From a virus: 64,000 nucleotides of DNA. Positions 9,612-18,431 of this stretch are shown here, piece after piece; positions within the stretch are counted from its first letter, which is position 1, and each line of letters begins with the position of its first letter. The DNA is taken from the IMG/VR virus record IMGVR_UViG_3300017971_000277, positions 8,863-72,862 of that record. One strand, written 5' to 3'. The position numbers and the translations under genes are program-made. The notes beneath the pieces are model-generated. The model saw nothing but the letters and a program-made list of their open reading frames with translations, did not search any database and was not told where the DNA came from.

Positions 9612-9898
9612 CCCTCCTCCGACCAAGCGTCAGGCCGCTTCGGCTTGGGTCCGATAGAGATGTCGAAGTAGCCGGCCTTCTTCTTGTGGTGGATCTTGGT
9701 GATGCCGCCAACCTCGCAGATCGAACGGGCTAGCTCTGCGAGCGTAATCGAGCTATCCGGTAGCAGAATCACCCTGCGCTGCCCGTCTACCTGCGCCACC
9801 AAGCAGATCTTGTTCGGTTGGTTGGCGATCACGGCAACCGCCAACTCCGCGTCGTCACCGGACGCGTCGAAGATCTTGACTTCCTTCGGTTCGTTCAC
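9608..9898 (-). CDS. Hypothetical protein
   Basis: Coupled overlaps on both sides. Confidence 0.65.
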   Translation of the reverse strand: MNEPKEVKIFDASGDDAELAVAVIANQPNKICLVAQVDGQRRVILLPDSSITLAELARSICEVGGITKIHHKKKAGYFDISIGPKPKRPDAWSEEG

Positions 9899-10086
9899 TC
9901 GACCTCCTCGACGTTGAGTTCGTGAATCTCTGCGTCCTCTGCCTCACTCGAGCACTGGTGGCAGAGGAAGCAGCCGATCTCAAGCTCATCGAAAGCCTTC
10001 TGCTCGGCCTCCTCGGCGTTCGCAGCTTCGACCTCTCCGAGATACTTCGACCCCGTCACCACTCCGTAGACGCGATACTTCTTCAT
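9895..10086 (-). CDS. Small acidic protein with CHQC motif
   Basis: MKKYRVYGVV... after AGGAGG RBS; ATGA overlap with primase. Confidence 0.65.
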   Translation of the reverse strand: MKKYRVYGVVTGSKYLGEVEAANAEEAEQKAFDELEIGCFLCHQCSSEAEDAEIHELNVEEVE

Positions 10087-11069
10087 GCCATCCTCCTGAT
10101 CTCCATCTCGGTCAGATCCCACTCCGTTTTGATTTGCACGAGAGAGGATCGGAGAGCCGAACTGCACCATGCCGTTCCAAGGCTGTTTGGATCTTCCCGG
10201 TCGGGAATGGGTAGAACGAAGTTGCGGAACAACCCAAAGGTCTTGCGGATCGCTTTCTTCGTGCTTTCCCATGCGTCTCCATCCCACGCCCATATCAAGT
10301 CGGAAACGCCAAGCTCAAAGAGCGCAAGCACCTGACCGTCGTGCAGGTTTGAGCCGTAGGTTCCTACTGCGTTCTCGACACCAAAGAACGTCTCCGCGTC
10401 GAACACGCTTTCGGTGACGACGACTCTCGAGCTAGTCGGATCCCAACGCTTGCTGGTGTAGACCGTCTGCTCCGTTGGCATCCACGCTGGATAGAGCGTC
10501 TTCGGGCTCTGGCTTGGGGTCGTCGCCTTCGCCTCGAATCCGTGGTCCTCGTCCAGAAACGAGCAAGGGATGATGACCCGTTCGAAGTAGTCGCTGTTTG
10601 CGTCGAGGCAGAGACTCGCAGACTGGATTAGGTGCGCTACGCCTCGCGTCTCGAGCAGTTTGACCGACCGCTCTTCGGGTCCAAGATCCAGCAGTCTGAA
10701 GAGATCGTTTGGCAGTCGTGGTGCGACCTTCTCCTTGGGCTGCCACGCAGGCTCGGGGACTCCGGCCAACTCGTAGACCATGCGGAAAGCGTCGCGCCAC
10801 TCGCATTGCTCCACGATTTTGATGAAGCGAAGAAGGTTGGCTCCCCCACTCCAGATGTCTCCACCATGACCACCCTCTCTGCACTTGAAGCAGTGGAATA
10901 GACCTCGACCGCGATCGATGCTCAACTTCTTCTTGGCCCGACACATCGGGCAGTCCGCGTAGATCTGCTGCCCGCCACGGTCGTAGACCGTGACGTGCCT
11001 ACTCAGCCACCCCACCACCGGGAACTGGTCGATGGCGAGGTTTAGGGATTCACGAGATTCACGCATCAT
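10083..11069 (-). CDS. DNA primase (Zn-binding domain + TOPRIM)
   Basis: CPMC...FHCFKC; VVVTESVFDA; WDGD; DPNS. Confidence 0.88.
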   Translation of the reverse strand: MMRESRESLNLAIDQFPVVGWLSRHVTVYDRGGQQIYADCPMCRAKKKLSIDRGRGLFHCFKCREGGHGGDIWSGGANLLRFIKIVEQCEWRDAFRMVYELAGVPEPAWQPKEKVAPRLPNDLFRLLDLGPEERSVKLLETRGVAHLIQSASLCLDANSDYFERVIIPCSFLDEDHGFEAKATTPSQSPKTLYPAWMPTEQTVYTSKRWDPTSSRVVVTESVFDAETFFGVENAVGTYGSNLHDGQVLALFELGVSDLIWAWDGDAWESTKKAIRKTFGLFRNFVLPIPDREDPNSLGTAWCSSALRSSLVQIKTEWDLTEMEIRRMA

Positions 11070-11781
11070 TATTACTCTGTCCCAAGGAGGTAGGCGAGTG
11101 CCCTTGCAGCCACGACCGGAACGACTCCATTTCCACAGAGCCGACGCCGATAGCTGTCCAGCCCTGGGGAATAGCCATCATCCACTCGCACCACGCTGCC
11201 GGGAGGTTCGTCACGCCAGGGAACAAATCCTGAAGGAGCGCATAGGCGGGCCACTTCCGCATACTTGGAGCGAGCGCATTCGCCTTGGCCGTAGGAGTAG
11301 GCAAGAAGCCACCTTCTGTTCCGCTCATGCGGCGCACCCAGCGCGGCGGCGGAAGCTTCGAGAATTGGGGTCGAGAGGTATCCTTCACGCCGCAGTTCTT
11401 CACGAAGCTGTTCCAACCGATCCCGGCTTCCTCCGACGTTTTCGATGAAAACGAGTGGGGATAGGCACTCGGCTGCGACCCGCACAACGTGAGGAAGGAG
11501 GTCTTCTGCGACCTTTCGGCCTCGAGAGGCTGTTGAGAAAGGCTGGCACGGCGCTCCCGCTGTCGTAATATCCACGACTCCAGCCCACTCCTTACCGTCG
11601 AAGGTTCTGAGGTCAGAGTGGATCGGAGCGGAGTCAAGAAAACCTTCGCCCATACGCGAGGCCAAGACCGCTGCCGCAGTAATTTCCCGTTCCACGTAGC
11701 AGACGGCATGGGAGGAAGATCCAAAGAGGAGTTTGAGCCCAAGCTCGATTCCTCCATACCCGGCACAAAGAGCCAAGACAT
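11059..11781 (-). CDS. Overlapping alternative-frame polypeptide, putative MTase beta subunit (motif IX)
   Basis: 240-aa frame spanning the alpha gene; FLPTP and NLPAAWCEWMMAIPQGWT motif IX-like segment; ATG 8 nt after the same RBS. Confidence 0.7.
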   Translation of the reverse strand: MSWLFVPGMEESSLGSNSSLDLPPMPSATWNGKLLRQRSWPRVWAKVFLTPLRSTLTSEPSTVRSGLESWILRQRERRASLSQQPLEAERSQKTSFLTLCGSQPSAYPHSFSSKTSEEAGIGWNSFVKNCGVKDTSRPQFSKLPPPRWVRRMSGTEGGFLPTPTAKANALAPSMRKWPAYALLQDLFPGVTNLPAAWCEWMMAIPQGWTAIGVGSVEMESFRSWLQGHSPTSLGQSNNDA

Positions 11782-11785
11782 TCAC
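11072..11785 (-). CDS. C5 cytosine DNA methyltransferase, alpha polypeptide (motifs I-VIII, X)
   Basis: LCAGYGG, GAPCQPFS, ENV, PHERNR, CGNGV; AAGGAG RBS before GTG 11785. Confidence 0.9.
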   Translation of the reverse strand: MNVLALCAGYGGIELGLKLLFGSSSHAVCYVEREITAAAVLASRMGEGFLDSAPIHSDLRTFDGKEWAGVVDITTAGAPCQPFSTASRGRKVAEDLLPHVVRVAAECLSPLVFIENVGGSRDRLEQLREELRREGYLSTPILEASAAALGAPHERNRRWLLAYSYGQGECARSKYAEVARLCAPSGFVPWRDEPPGSVVRVDDGYSPGLDSYRRRLCGNGVVPVVAARALAYLLGTE

Positions 11786-11795
11786 GGTGCTCCTT

Positions 11796-14117
11796 TCAGG
11801 AGACTGCATGTTTGTAGAACGCTTGCCGCGCAAGATCGGACTTGATGGTGATGGTGCGTCGTGCGTTGGGGCGATTTCTTGCCTTGCTGATGAACAAGGT
11901 CGTCAGCCCTTCCGCGTGCTCCTTCTTGGTCCGGTTGAGAGAGATGATGATGTCGGCGATCTGGACCTTCGCGATCGAGCCGCCGATGTGCTCTTGGTCC
12001 GCTACTGTCGCCTCAGAGCCGCCGCGGTTTGCGTGAGCGCCTGTCCAAATGGACAACTCCTCCTCGACTGCCCATCCACGAACGTTGGTGTAGATCTCCT
12101 TGCCAGCCGCGTAAAGCTGATCGCCGCGAAACTGACCCTCTGGGGCTAACTCCTCAGCCTGGTCCAAGATGATGAGGTGGGGGTAGAAGTTCTCGGTGTT
12201 GCGGACGATCTCGAGGTGTCGCTTCAGGTCGCTGAGGCGCGTTGATCCACCAGGGAATTGCTTGATCCGCACGTCTCCACCGAAGCGGAACCAAGTCCGC
12301 ATCGCCCTCGAGATCTCCGCCTCGTTGCTGAGTTGCTTCTTCGTCAGGCCAGCTACGCGTTGATCGATGCGGTCTTGGTAGTCTTCTTCGCTCTCCTCGA
12401 GCGTGTAGACCATGACCCGCTTTCCCTGCATCACAGCGGCTACGAGAAGGTGAACCATCGCAGTCGTGTTATGCGTGACGATGTGGTCGTCCGTCACGTA
12501 TAGCCTGTCTGCTGCGGAGACAGAGATGCACTGCACCTCCTTCTCACCGACCAACTCAATGGACCTAACGAAGAGCTTCTTCTCCCGCACCTTCTTCAAG
12601 CGAACGCGAGAAGCTTTCCGCTCCAGCCAAAACGGGTTGTCCGTTAGACCAAAGAGGGTAACGCGGTAGGACTTGCGCCCATTTCGCTTCTCCCCGTTGT
12701 GTGTATAGGTCGTCGTGCGGCTTGCGATGGAAGCCTGCATTCCCAGACCTCGAATCAGGTCTAGAACTTGCTCGGCTAGAACTTCGCTGGTGGTCGTCCA
12801 TGTAGGAGTTCCTTCTTTCCCACACGTCCCATCCGAGTCCATGAGTCCACGCAAGAACTCAAGACGCTGCTCACGCGAAGCCACCAGATAGTCGTGTGGT
12901 GCGTGTTTCTCCCACGAGCGCTTCCCCGTAAGGCCGAGTTTGCGCAGTTGTTGCAGAAGCTCATTCGTATGCGGTCCGGAGTTCACGCACTCTGCGTTTG
13001 AGATACGCCAGTCCACGCCCTGAACCCATTTGATGCTTAGACCAACGGACGCGACATTGTCCTGCACCCGGTCAAGAACATCCTGATCCGGGTTTGAGAG
13101 TCGGATGCCGTCTTTCGCGATGTGTGCATCTCCGAGAAGAATACCCAAGAGCCACGGATCGATGGGTAATTCCCTCTCTCGCCCCCACTGACCGGAATGA
13201 ACCGGGATGGTGATCGGTCGGCTGGACGAACGATCCAACTTCTCTCGTATCTCGTCAGTAGAAAGAACCTTCACCTCTGTCCACGACGAGCGCTCAACCT
13301 GCCACAAGTGCTCGCCGCAGCACTCCGTGCTTCGACCGTCCGAAAACAGGACACGGTAGACCGGCTTCTTTCCTTGCGGAAACACTCCAGTTACCGCACT
13401 CAATCGACCATCCGTGGAAGCGACGACATCACCGACCTCGATGTCTCCCATCGTCTTCCATCCGTCGTCCGTAAGGATCTTGCTCGCTAGCGGCTGTGCT
13501 TTGCCGATACTCGAACGCTGCGAGAGGAGCACACCTAGCTCACCCGGCTTGATGCCATCGATCAGGCGATCTAGCTCTGGAATCAGAGTCCAGATCGACT
13601 CCTTGTGCTGCTCCTCTCTCCGCTTGATGCGTGCAGCAACATCGCGCATCCCCTGTCCGAGAGAAAAGCTCCTCTCCGCCCGATAGACGACAAGCTCGTG
13701 AAGGATCTTCTCCGCATTCTCGAACTCACCCTGCTTGATGTGCTTCGCGAGACTGGGAAGCCTGCGCTGGAACTTTTGGTTCCGAAAGAAGCGCGCATGG
13801 GCACGGAGAAGAAAACTACGGTTCTGAAGCTCAAGCGCGAAGATCCGATCGAGGTACTCCCGAATCGGACCTAGGTCGATCGTGTTGACCTTCTGGCCTA
13901 GACGCTCAAGCTCGGTGTAGATCAACTCCCCGGGAGGAGAGCCGTGCTCGAGCCCAAACGCCTGAGCGACACGAACGACTCTCTGCGCGTTGTCCGACGT
14001 GAAAAGCTCGGGGACAACGTCTTCGCGAACCTCCTGATAGAAGGTGTTGTCGCGAAGGAAGTGCGAGACGTAGTGGCGCTGGAAGTGCTCGTCAAAGCCC
14101 CAGGTCTGCTGTTCCAT
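11796..14117 (-). CDS. dnaB: DnaB-like replicative helicase (intein-containing)
   Basis: IPELDRLIDGIKPGEL, Walker A GK|T split by intein, YTLEE, IILDQAE, HANR, KARN. Confidence 0.9.
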   Translation of the reverse strand: MEQQTWGFDEHFQRHYVSHFLRDNTFYQEVREDVVPELFTSDNAQRVVRVAQAFGLEHGSPPGELIYTELERLGQKVNTIDLGPIREYLDRIFALELQNRSFLLRAHARFFRNQKFQRRLPSLAKHIKQGEFENAEKILHELVVYRAERSFSLGQGMRDVAARIKRREEQHKESIWTLIPELDRLIDGIKPGELGVLLSQRSSIGKAQPLASKILTDDGWKTMGDIEVGDVVASTDGRLSAVTGVFPQGKKPVYRVLFSDGRSTECCGEHLWQVERSSWTEVKVLSTDEIREKLDRSSSRPITIPVHSGQWGRERELPIDPWLLGILLGDAHIAKDGIRLSNPDQDVLDRVQDNVASVGLSIKWVQGVDWRISNAECVNSGPHTNELLQQLRKLGLTGKRSWEKHAPHDYLVASREQRLEFLRGLMDSDGTCGKEGTPTWTTTSEVLAEQVLDLIRGLGMQASIASRTTTYTHNGEKRNGRKSYRVTLFGLTDNPFWLERKASRVRLKKVREKKLFVRSIELVGEKEVQCISVSAADRLYVTDDHIVTHNTTAMVHLLVAAVMQGKRVMVYTLEESEEDYQDRIDQRVAGLTKKQLSNEAEISRAMRTWFRFGGDVRIKQFPGGSTRLSDLKRHLEIVRNTENFYPHLIILDQAEELAPEGQFRGDQLYAAGKEIYTNVRGWAVEEELSIWTGAHANRGGSEATVADQEHIGGSIAKVQIADIIISLNRTKKEHAEGLTTLFISKARNRPNARRTITIKSDLARQAFYKHAVS
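12468..13499 (-). mobile_element. Class 3-type intein (344 aa) with LAGLIDADG homing endonuclease
   Basis: Starts AQPL (Ala1), ends VTHN|T; HLW (block B), VQCISV (block F), T (block G); LLGILLGDA and FLRGLMDSDG. Confidence 0.92.
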
Positions 14118-14127
14118 ATTTCTCGGT

Positions 14128-14177
14128 CTGCTTAGGTCTGCGGGTCAGACTATACTGCCGCACCGACAGCGAAGCAA
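14128..14177. promoter_or_regulatory. Overlapping divergent sigma70-type promoters
   Basis: Minus: TTGCTT(14177-72)-17-TATAGT(14154-49); plus: CTGCTT(14128-33)-17-TATACT(14151-56). Confidence 0.6.
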
Positions 14178-14208
14178 GTATCCTTCTAACTCTTAAAGGT
14201 GAAGCGAG

Positions 14209-14745
14209 ATGGGCAGAGAGAACTTCAGCGACAAAGAGGCACAGCGCTGCGATTGGCAGACCCCGCCTGAACTTCTCCAGCCGATTCGAAAGTATTTCGG
14301 TGGTCCGATTCCGCTCGACCCCGCTACCGCACCCGACAACCCCACCGAAGCCTTGCTCTTCTACACGGAAGAGAACAACGGACTAGCGCAGGAGTGGAAC
14401 TCGCCTTGGTTCTGCAACCCGCCATTCTCGACCGGGCTAAAGGACTGGCTCAAGAAGTTCCACGAGGAAAGCGTGACCTATGGTCGTCCTGGGATAGCCG
14501 TCCTTCCTTGCGGATCCGGCAGGCCAGGAACCCGTTACTACTACGACCACTTCTGGGGATGCGACGAGATCGACATCATCTGCTGGGTCAAGGGCAGGAT
14601 CAGCTTTCTTTTGCCGGACGGAACGCCTGGTCCACGGAACAACTACCCCACCAAGATCGTCGGTTACTGCGTCGAGGATCCCGGCCATTTCGTCTCGTGC
14701 TTTGGGCACTTAGGGCGATGCACGGGAATCACGTTGCTCGACTAA
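14209..14745 (+). CDS. Phage Dam-like N6-adenine DNA methyltransferase
   Basis: WQTPPE, LDPA, NGLAQEW, CNPPFS, GRISF. Confidence 0.88.
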   Translation: MGRENFSDKEAQRCDWQTPPELLQPIRKYFGGPIPLDPATAPDNPTEALLFYTEENNGLAQEWNSPWFCNPPFSTGLKDWLKKFHEESVTYGRPGIAVLPCGSGRPGTRYYYDHFWGCDEIDIICWVKGRISFLLPDGTPGPRNNYPTKIVGYCVEDPGHFVSCFGHLGRCTGITLLD

Positions 14746-14787
14746 AGTAGACATCCACGCTGCCCGATAAGGGCGTAGGAGGTGTCT

Positions 14788-15018
14788 ATGAGCTTGCTTT
14801 CTTCGCCGCCCGAGTGGGCTTCGTGGTGGACCTACCGACAGATCGCTGCGTTCTTTTCGGAGCAGCTTTCTCCGCTGACGATCTGCCAACTGATGGTGGC
14901 TCGAGCAGACTTCGAAGGTCGCGATCCGCTCGTCAGCCAGATGTGGCACAAGCTCGATTTCTGCGCGCAAGCCGAGATCGCTCAGGCTGTTTGCGAGTTC
15001 GAAGAGGATATGCCGTAG
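14788..15018 (+). CDS. Hypothetical protein
   Basis: AGGAGG RBS. Confidence 0.6.
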   Translation: MSLLSSPPEWASWWTYRQIAAFFSEQLSPLTICQLMVARADFEGRDPLVSQMWHKLDFCAQAEIAQAVCEFEEDMP

Positions 15019-15045
15019 GTTCTTACGAAAATTCTCGTTCTTGTC

Positions 15046-15074
15046 TTGCGTAGGTTTCAAACATTTAATACTGT
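15046..15074 (+). promoter_or_regulatory. sigma70-type promoter
   Basis: TTGCGT-17-TACTGT in AT-rich gap. Confidence 0.55.
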
Positions 15075-15093
15075 TTGGAGCACGGAGGACGAA

Positions 15094-15363
15094 ATGACTG
15101 GACGAGACGTAGAATTCGAGAACTCGATCATCGCCGCGCATGGAGCAGCGACGTTCAATCTTGTCAGCATCGGGCATACGCTTGCACTCGCAGTAGCGGA
15201 AAACCCGAACCTACTAAACAACTTTCGGGTCGAGGACGCGCTTGAGACTGTTCGAAAGGCTCTGCTTGAGGAAGAGCGTCTGAGCCCGTTCGAGTCGAGG
15301 TTCGTCCGCGACTACCGGCAGAAGATCGAGACGATCCTCTACACGGGGGAGAGGGTCCTTTGA
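15094..15363 (+). CDS. Hypothetical protein
   Basis: GGAGG RBS before ATG 15094. Confidence 0.65.
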   Translation: MTGRDVEFENSIIAAHGAATFNLVSIGHTLALAVAENPNLLNNFRVEDALETVRKALLEEERLSPFESRFVRDYRQKIETILYTGERVL

Positions 15364-15764
15364 AGACGAGAGAAGAGCTTCGCTGTGACTTCTGCCAGAA
15401 GTTCGGCCCTCGGTGGCAGTTCCCTGTCGAGCAGGAGCAGATCCATCTTGTCACCTACGTCGAAAACGACAGGCAGAAGAAGCACTACGCCCTAGGCTGC
15501 TGGTGCGCTTGCACACCGTGCTCGCAGTTGGTCATGCGCGGAAACATCCAGAGACTCGCTGAGAAGGCTGTAGACGGCATAATGGAGCGGAAGGGGGAGC
15601 ACACGTTCCCGAAGCCTCTGATGGTCGAGGCGTTCAAGGGGATCATGGCGAAGCTGCTTGAGCACCTAGGGGAACGTGAGCCACTCCAAATCAAGGAGGG
15701 CTACGGAGACACCTATCATCTCGAGATCGACCCTAACGACACCAACAACGCGGAGAACAACTAG
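15360..15764 (+). CDS. Hypothetical protein with CxxC pairs
   Basis: CDFC and CTPC; coupled start. Confidence 0.65.
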   Translation: MKTREELRCDFCQKFGPRWQFPVEQEQIHLVTYVENDRQKKHYALGCWCACTPCSQLVMRGNIQRLAEKAVDGIMERKGEHTFPKPLMVEAFKGIMAKLLEHLGEREPLQIKEGYGDTYHLEIDPNDTNNAENN

Positions 15765-16009
15765 TGAAGCAATTCAGCCTAGGGGAGCTTTTCAGCGACG
15801 AGGTCTTGCTTCGCGCTTACTGCATCGGCCCGAACTTCTACCAGCTTCTCGAGGAGATCGTGAAGCCACGCATGAGCGAGATCAACGAAGTCACGGGTCA
15901 GGAAAACGACCCGCACTACGTCACCCACGTCCTGATCCACGCTCTCGGCGTCTACACCGTCGCGATGGCTGTCGAGAACGCGGAGAATCAGAACCCGGAG
16001 CTAAATTAG
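15764..16009 (+). CDS. Hypothetical protein
   Basis: GGAG RBS, TAGTG coupling. Confidence 0.6.
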   Translation: MKQFSLGELFSDEVLLRAYCIGPNFYQLLEEIVKPRMSEINEVTGQENDPHYVTHVLIHALGVYTVAMAVENAENQNPELN

Positions 16010-16453
16010 CCCCATGCGGGCTTTGATCCCCCCGCGGTCAGCGATCTCGGGACGGAGCACTTCAGCATAGAGACTCTGAAGCTCCTCGTCGGAGCGTTCG
16101 TCGGCACTGCCAACTTCCCCCCGGCTGCCGCGGATGAAACCGGCGAGGAGCTTCTTATTTCGAAGCTGACCGACGTGCGGACAGAGCGGAGCAAGCTCCT
16201 CGAACGCGTGCTCGATGAACCCTCGCCAGTTGGCGTCATCCCATCGCACGGTCCAGCCCTCGATCTCAAGCCAGGCTACAACCGTCCGCGCCTGCTTGAA
16301 GATCGCCCTCTTTCGGACATCTTCCGTCAGGTTGTGCGCCCACTCACGAAGAGCCTGGTAGCCTTTCTGGCCGGCTTCTCGTCGGCAATCCTCATATACC
16401 TTGATGAAAAGCAGGACGCGCTTCTCGTCGTCGCTAAAGCCGTCGAAGATCAC
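16001..16453 (-). CDS. Hypothetical protein
   Basis: GTGA coupling to helicase. Confidence 0.65.
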   Translation of the reverse strand: MIFDGFSDDEKRVLLFIKVYEDCRREAGQKGYQALREWAHNLTEDVRKRAIFKQARTVVAWLEIEGWTVRWDDANWRGFIEHAFEELAPLCPHVGQLRNKKLLAGFIRGSRGEVGSADERSDEELQSLYAEVLRPEIADRGGIKARMGLI

Positions 16454-17898
16454 AGCGGATACTTCCGCCAGGGCAGGATCTCGTAGCCCTCTCGGTAGCC
16501 TTCCTGTTCAAGCGTGTTGAGGCGCTCAAGAGAGGCGGAAGCCAGAATCCGGTGCGTGGTATCGGAGAAGTCCACGTAGTCCACGTAGTCCTTCTCAGGG
16601 GCCGGCCTGAGCCCACGTCCAAGGATCTGCACGGTGACGCGTCCAACTTCGTGAGCTACACCGCTCTTCTTTGATCCGCCGCCCTTCGTCCCTGTGGCGT
16701 TGATGATGGCTCGGATACCGGGAAGGTCTACACCCTCACCCATGATCTCCCGCATCGCGATTACTGCATCGAGATCACCGGACCACAGGTTGCCGAGATG
16801 TTCGTCTCTAGCGTTCTGGCTGAGCTTGCCGTTGATGAAAGCCGTCTTGACCCCACCTTTGTCGAGTTGCTTCTTGAGCGCCTCTCCGTGCTTGATGCGA
16901 TTCACCAGAATCAGCGTTGGCTTGTCCTCCTCCGCAAACAGGCAGGCTGCTTGGAGGATCTTGCTGTTGCGAAACTCGTTCTGAACGACACCTCTTGAGT
17001 AGACGTGTGAGTAGGCATCGCTCTCGAACTTGGCTGAGTCCTTGGGGACTTTGACGATCCAGATACGTGGAGGCACGAGCTTCCCAAGCTCGATCAAGTC
17101 CCTAGTGGTCATGTTGAAGATCAGAGGTCCGGTCATGCCGATCAGACCAAGACCAGGCCCCTGGAAGCTTGGGGTCGCGGTCAACCCGAAACGGTAGAGG
17201 GCCGGAATCTGGTCGAAGATTCCGTGCCACTGCTTGCTCTCGAGGTGGTGGATCTCGTCTCCGATGACGACCTCGCAGGGTCCTAGAACCTTCTGCGTGC
17301 GTTTAGCGCGTTGGTGAGCATGAAGCGTCTGCACCATCGCGACGGTGACCTTCGCAGGTTCCCAAATACCGTCCCCTACACGTCCTACTACATCCCGCCC
17401 GAGCAACTCAGAGAGCACATCCGCAGTCTGGTGAAGCAGAGCCTTGCGGTGGGTGAGCCAGATCGCAGGACGGTCGTAGGAGGCCAGAATGGCTGCTCCT
17501 AGAACCGTCTTCCCTCCGCCAGTTGGAAGCTTGATGACGCCACGACAGTTGGTGAGGGCTGCCTCGAGAGCCTCAGCCTGGTACTGGCGAAGCTCCTTGT
17601 CTCCCAGCTTGGTCACCCAGGTATCTGGGATCTCGACCTCGCGCTCGTCGTATAGCTCGTAGGGGAACTCAATCAGGTCGAGTTCCCGGCACACGTCCTC
17701 GAGAAAGCCAGTGGGGAAGTAGTAACAGCGACGGCTGTTGTCAAAAGAACGGAAGCGTTTGATCCCGTCCCAGTGCCCCTTCTTGTAGCTTTTGGCGAAC
17801 CATCTTCCGTGGACCTTGTAGCTGGTCACGGAGTCGATCGTCTTGGCAGGAAAAGCACCTTCGATGTAGGTGCGGGTCGGTCCAACGCGTAGCTTCAC
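16450..17898 (-). CDS. SF2 DExH helicase (UvsW/T5 D10-like)
   Basis: LRQYQ, PTGGGKT, DEIH, GLTAT, EGVDLP, QILGRGLR. Confidence 0.92.
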   Translation of the reverse strand: MKLRVGPTRTYIEGAFPAKTIDSVTSYKVHGRWFAKSYKKGHWDGIKRFRSFDNSRRCYYFPTGFLEDVCRELDLIEFPYELYDEREVEIPDTWVTKLGDKELRQYQAEALEAALTNCRGVIKLPTGGGKTVLGAAILASYDRPAIWLTHRKALLHQTADVLSELLGRDVVGRVGDGIWEPAKVTVAMVQTLHAHQRAKRTQKVLGPCEVVIGDEIHHLESKQWHGIFDQIPALYRFGLTATPSFQGPGLGLIGMTGPLIFNMTTRDLIELGKLVPPRIWIVKVPKDSAKFESDAYSHVYSRGVVQNEFRNSKILQAACLFAEEDKPTLILVNRIKHGEALKKQLDKGGVKTAFINGKLSQNARDEHLGNLWSGDLDAVIAMREIMGEGVDLPGIRAIINATGTKGGGSKKSGVAHEVGRVTVQILGRGLRPAPEKDYVDYVDFSDTTHRILASASLERLNTLEQEGYREGYEILPWRKYPL

Positions 17899-17904
17899 GC
17901 GTCA

Positions 17905-17933
17905 AAGGTAGTTTCAAACCTTTAGGAAGTCAA
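17905..17933 (-). promoter_or_regulatory. sigma70-type promoter, probably giving a leaderless mRNA
   Basis: TTGACT-17-TACCTT ending 6 nt before the GTG start; no SD. Confidence 0.6.
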
Positions 17934-17936
17934 GCT

Positions 17937-18431
17937 CTACGGAATCGACCCTAGGTTGTCTTGGAACCTAGAGTTGTATAGGTAGGAGAACTCAAACGAA
18001 TCTCCGGGAGCGACCGGAATCGGAACACTGAAGTTCCCACCACCCCAAAGCTGGTCAACGGCTGGGTTTGAGTTGGGGAACAAGCCAGCGTAGGAGACAA
18101 GCGCGCCGCCGATGATGTTCCCAGTCCCGGTAATGTCGAGAACGGTCGAGCCAAACCAAGAGAACTCGCTTGCGCTCAACTCCGCAAAGAAGGTCTTCGT
18201 GTGGTTGAAGAACGTCGTGACCCCGTTGGACTGCGCGGTCGAGTTGATCGTGATTGCGCCCGCGGTGAAGATCAGCGGGTACCACAAGTTGAAGTTGTTA
18301 GTCTGCGTGCGGTCACCAAAGACCGTGCGAGTTAGCCCTTGAAGCGTGACCACGTTGTGGGTGTAGCGCGAAGCGATCTGCCGACCATCGCGCATGACCC
18401 GCACGTAGATACCGGGGCGCTTAGGGCGCAT
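17937..18431 (-). CDS. Putative tail-associated protein
   Basis: End of tail module; HNVVTLQGL; Thr/Gly/Phe-rich beta composition. Confidence 0.55.
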   Translation of the reverse strand: MRPKRPGIYVRVMRDGRQIASRYTHNVVTLQGLTRTVFGDRTQTNNFNLWYPLIFTAGAITINSTAQSNGVTTFFNHTKTFFAELSASEFSWFGSTVLDITGTGNIIGGALVSYAGLFPNSNPAVDQLWGGGNFSVPIPVAPGDSFEFSYLYNSRFQDNLGSIP

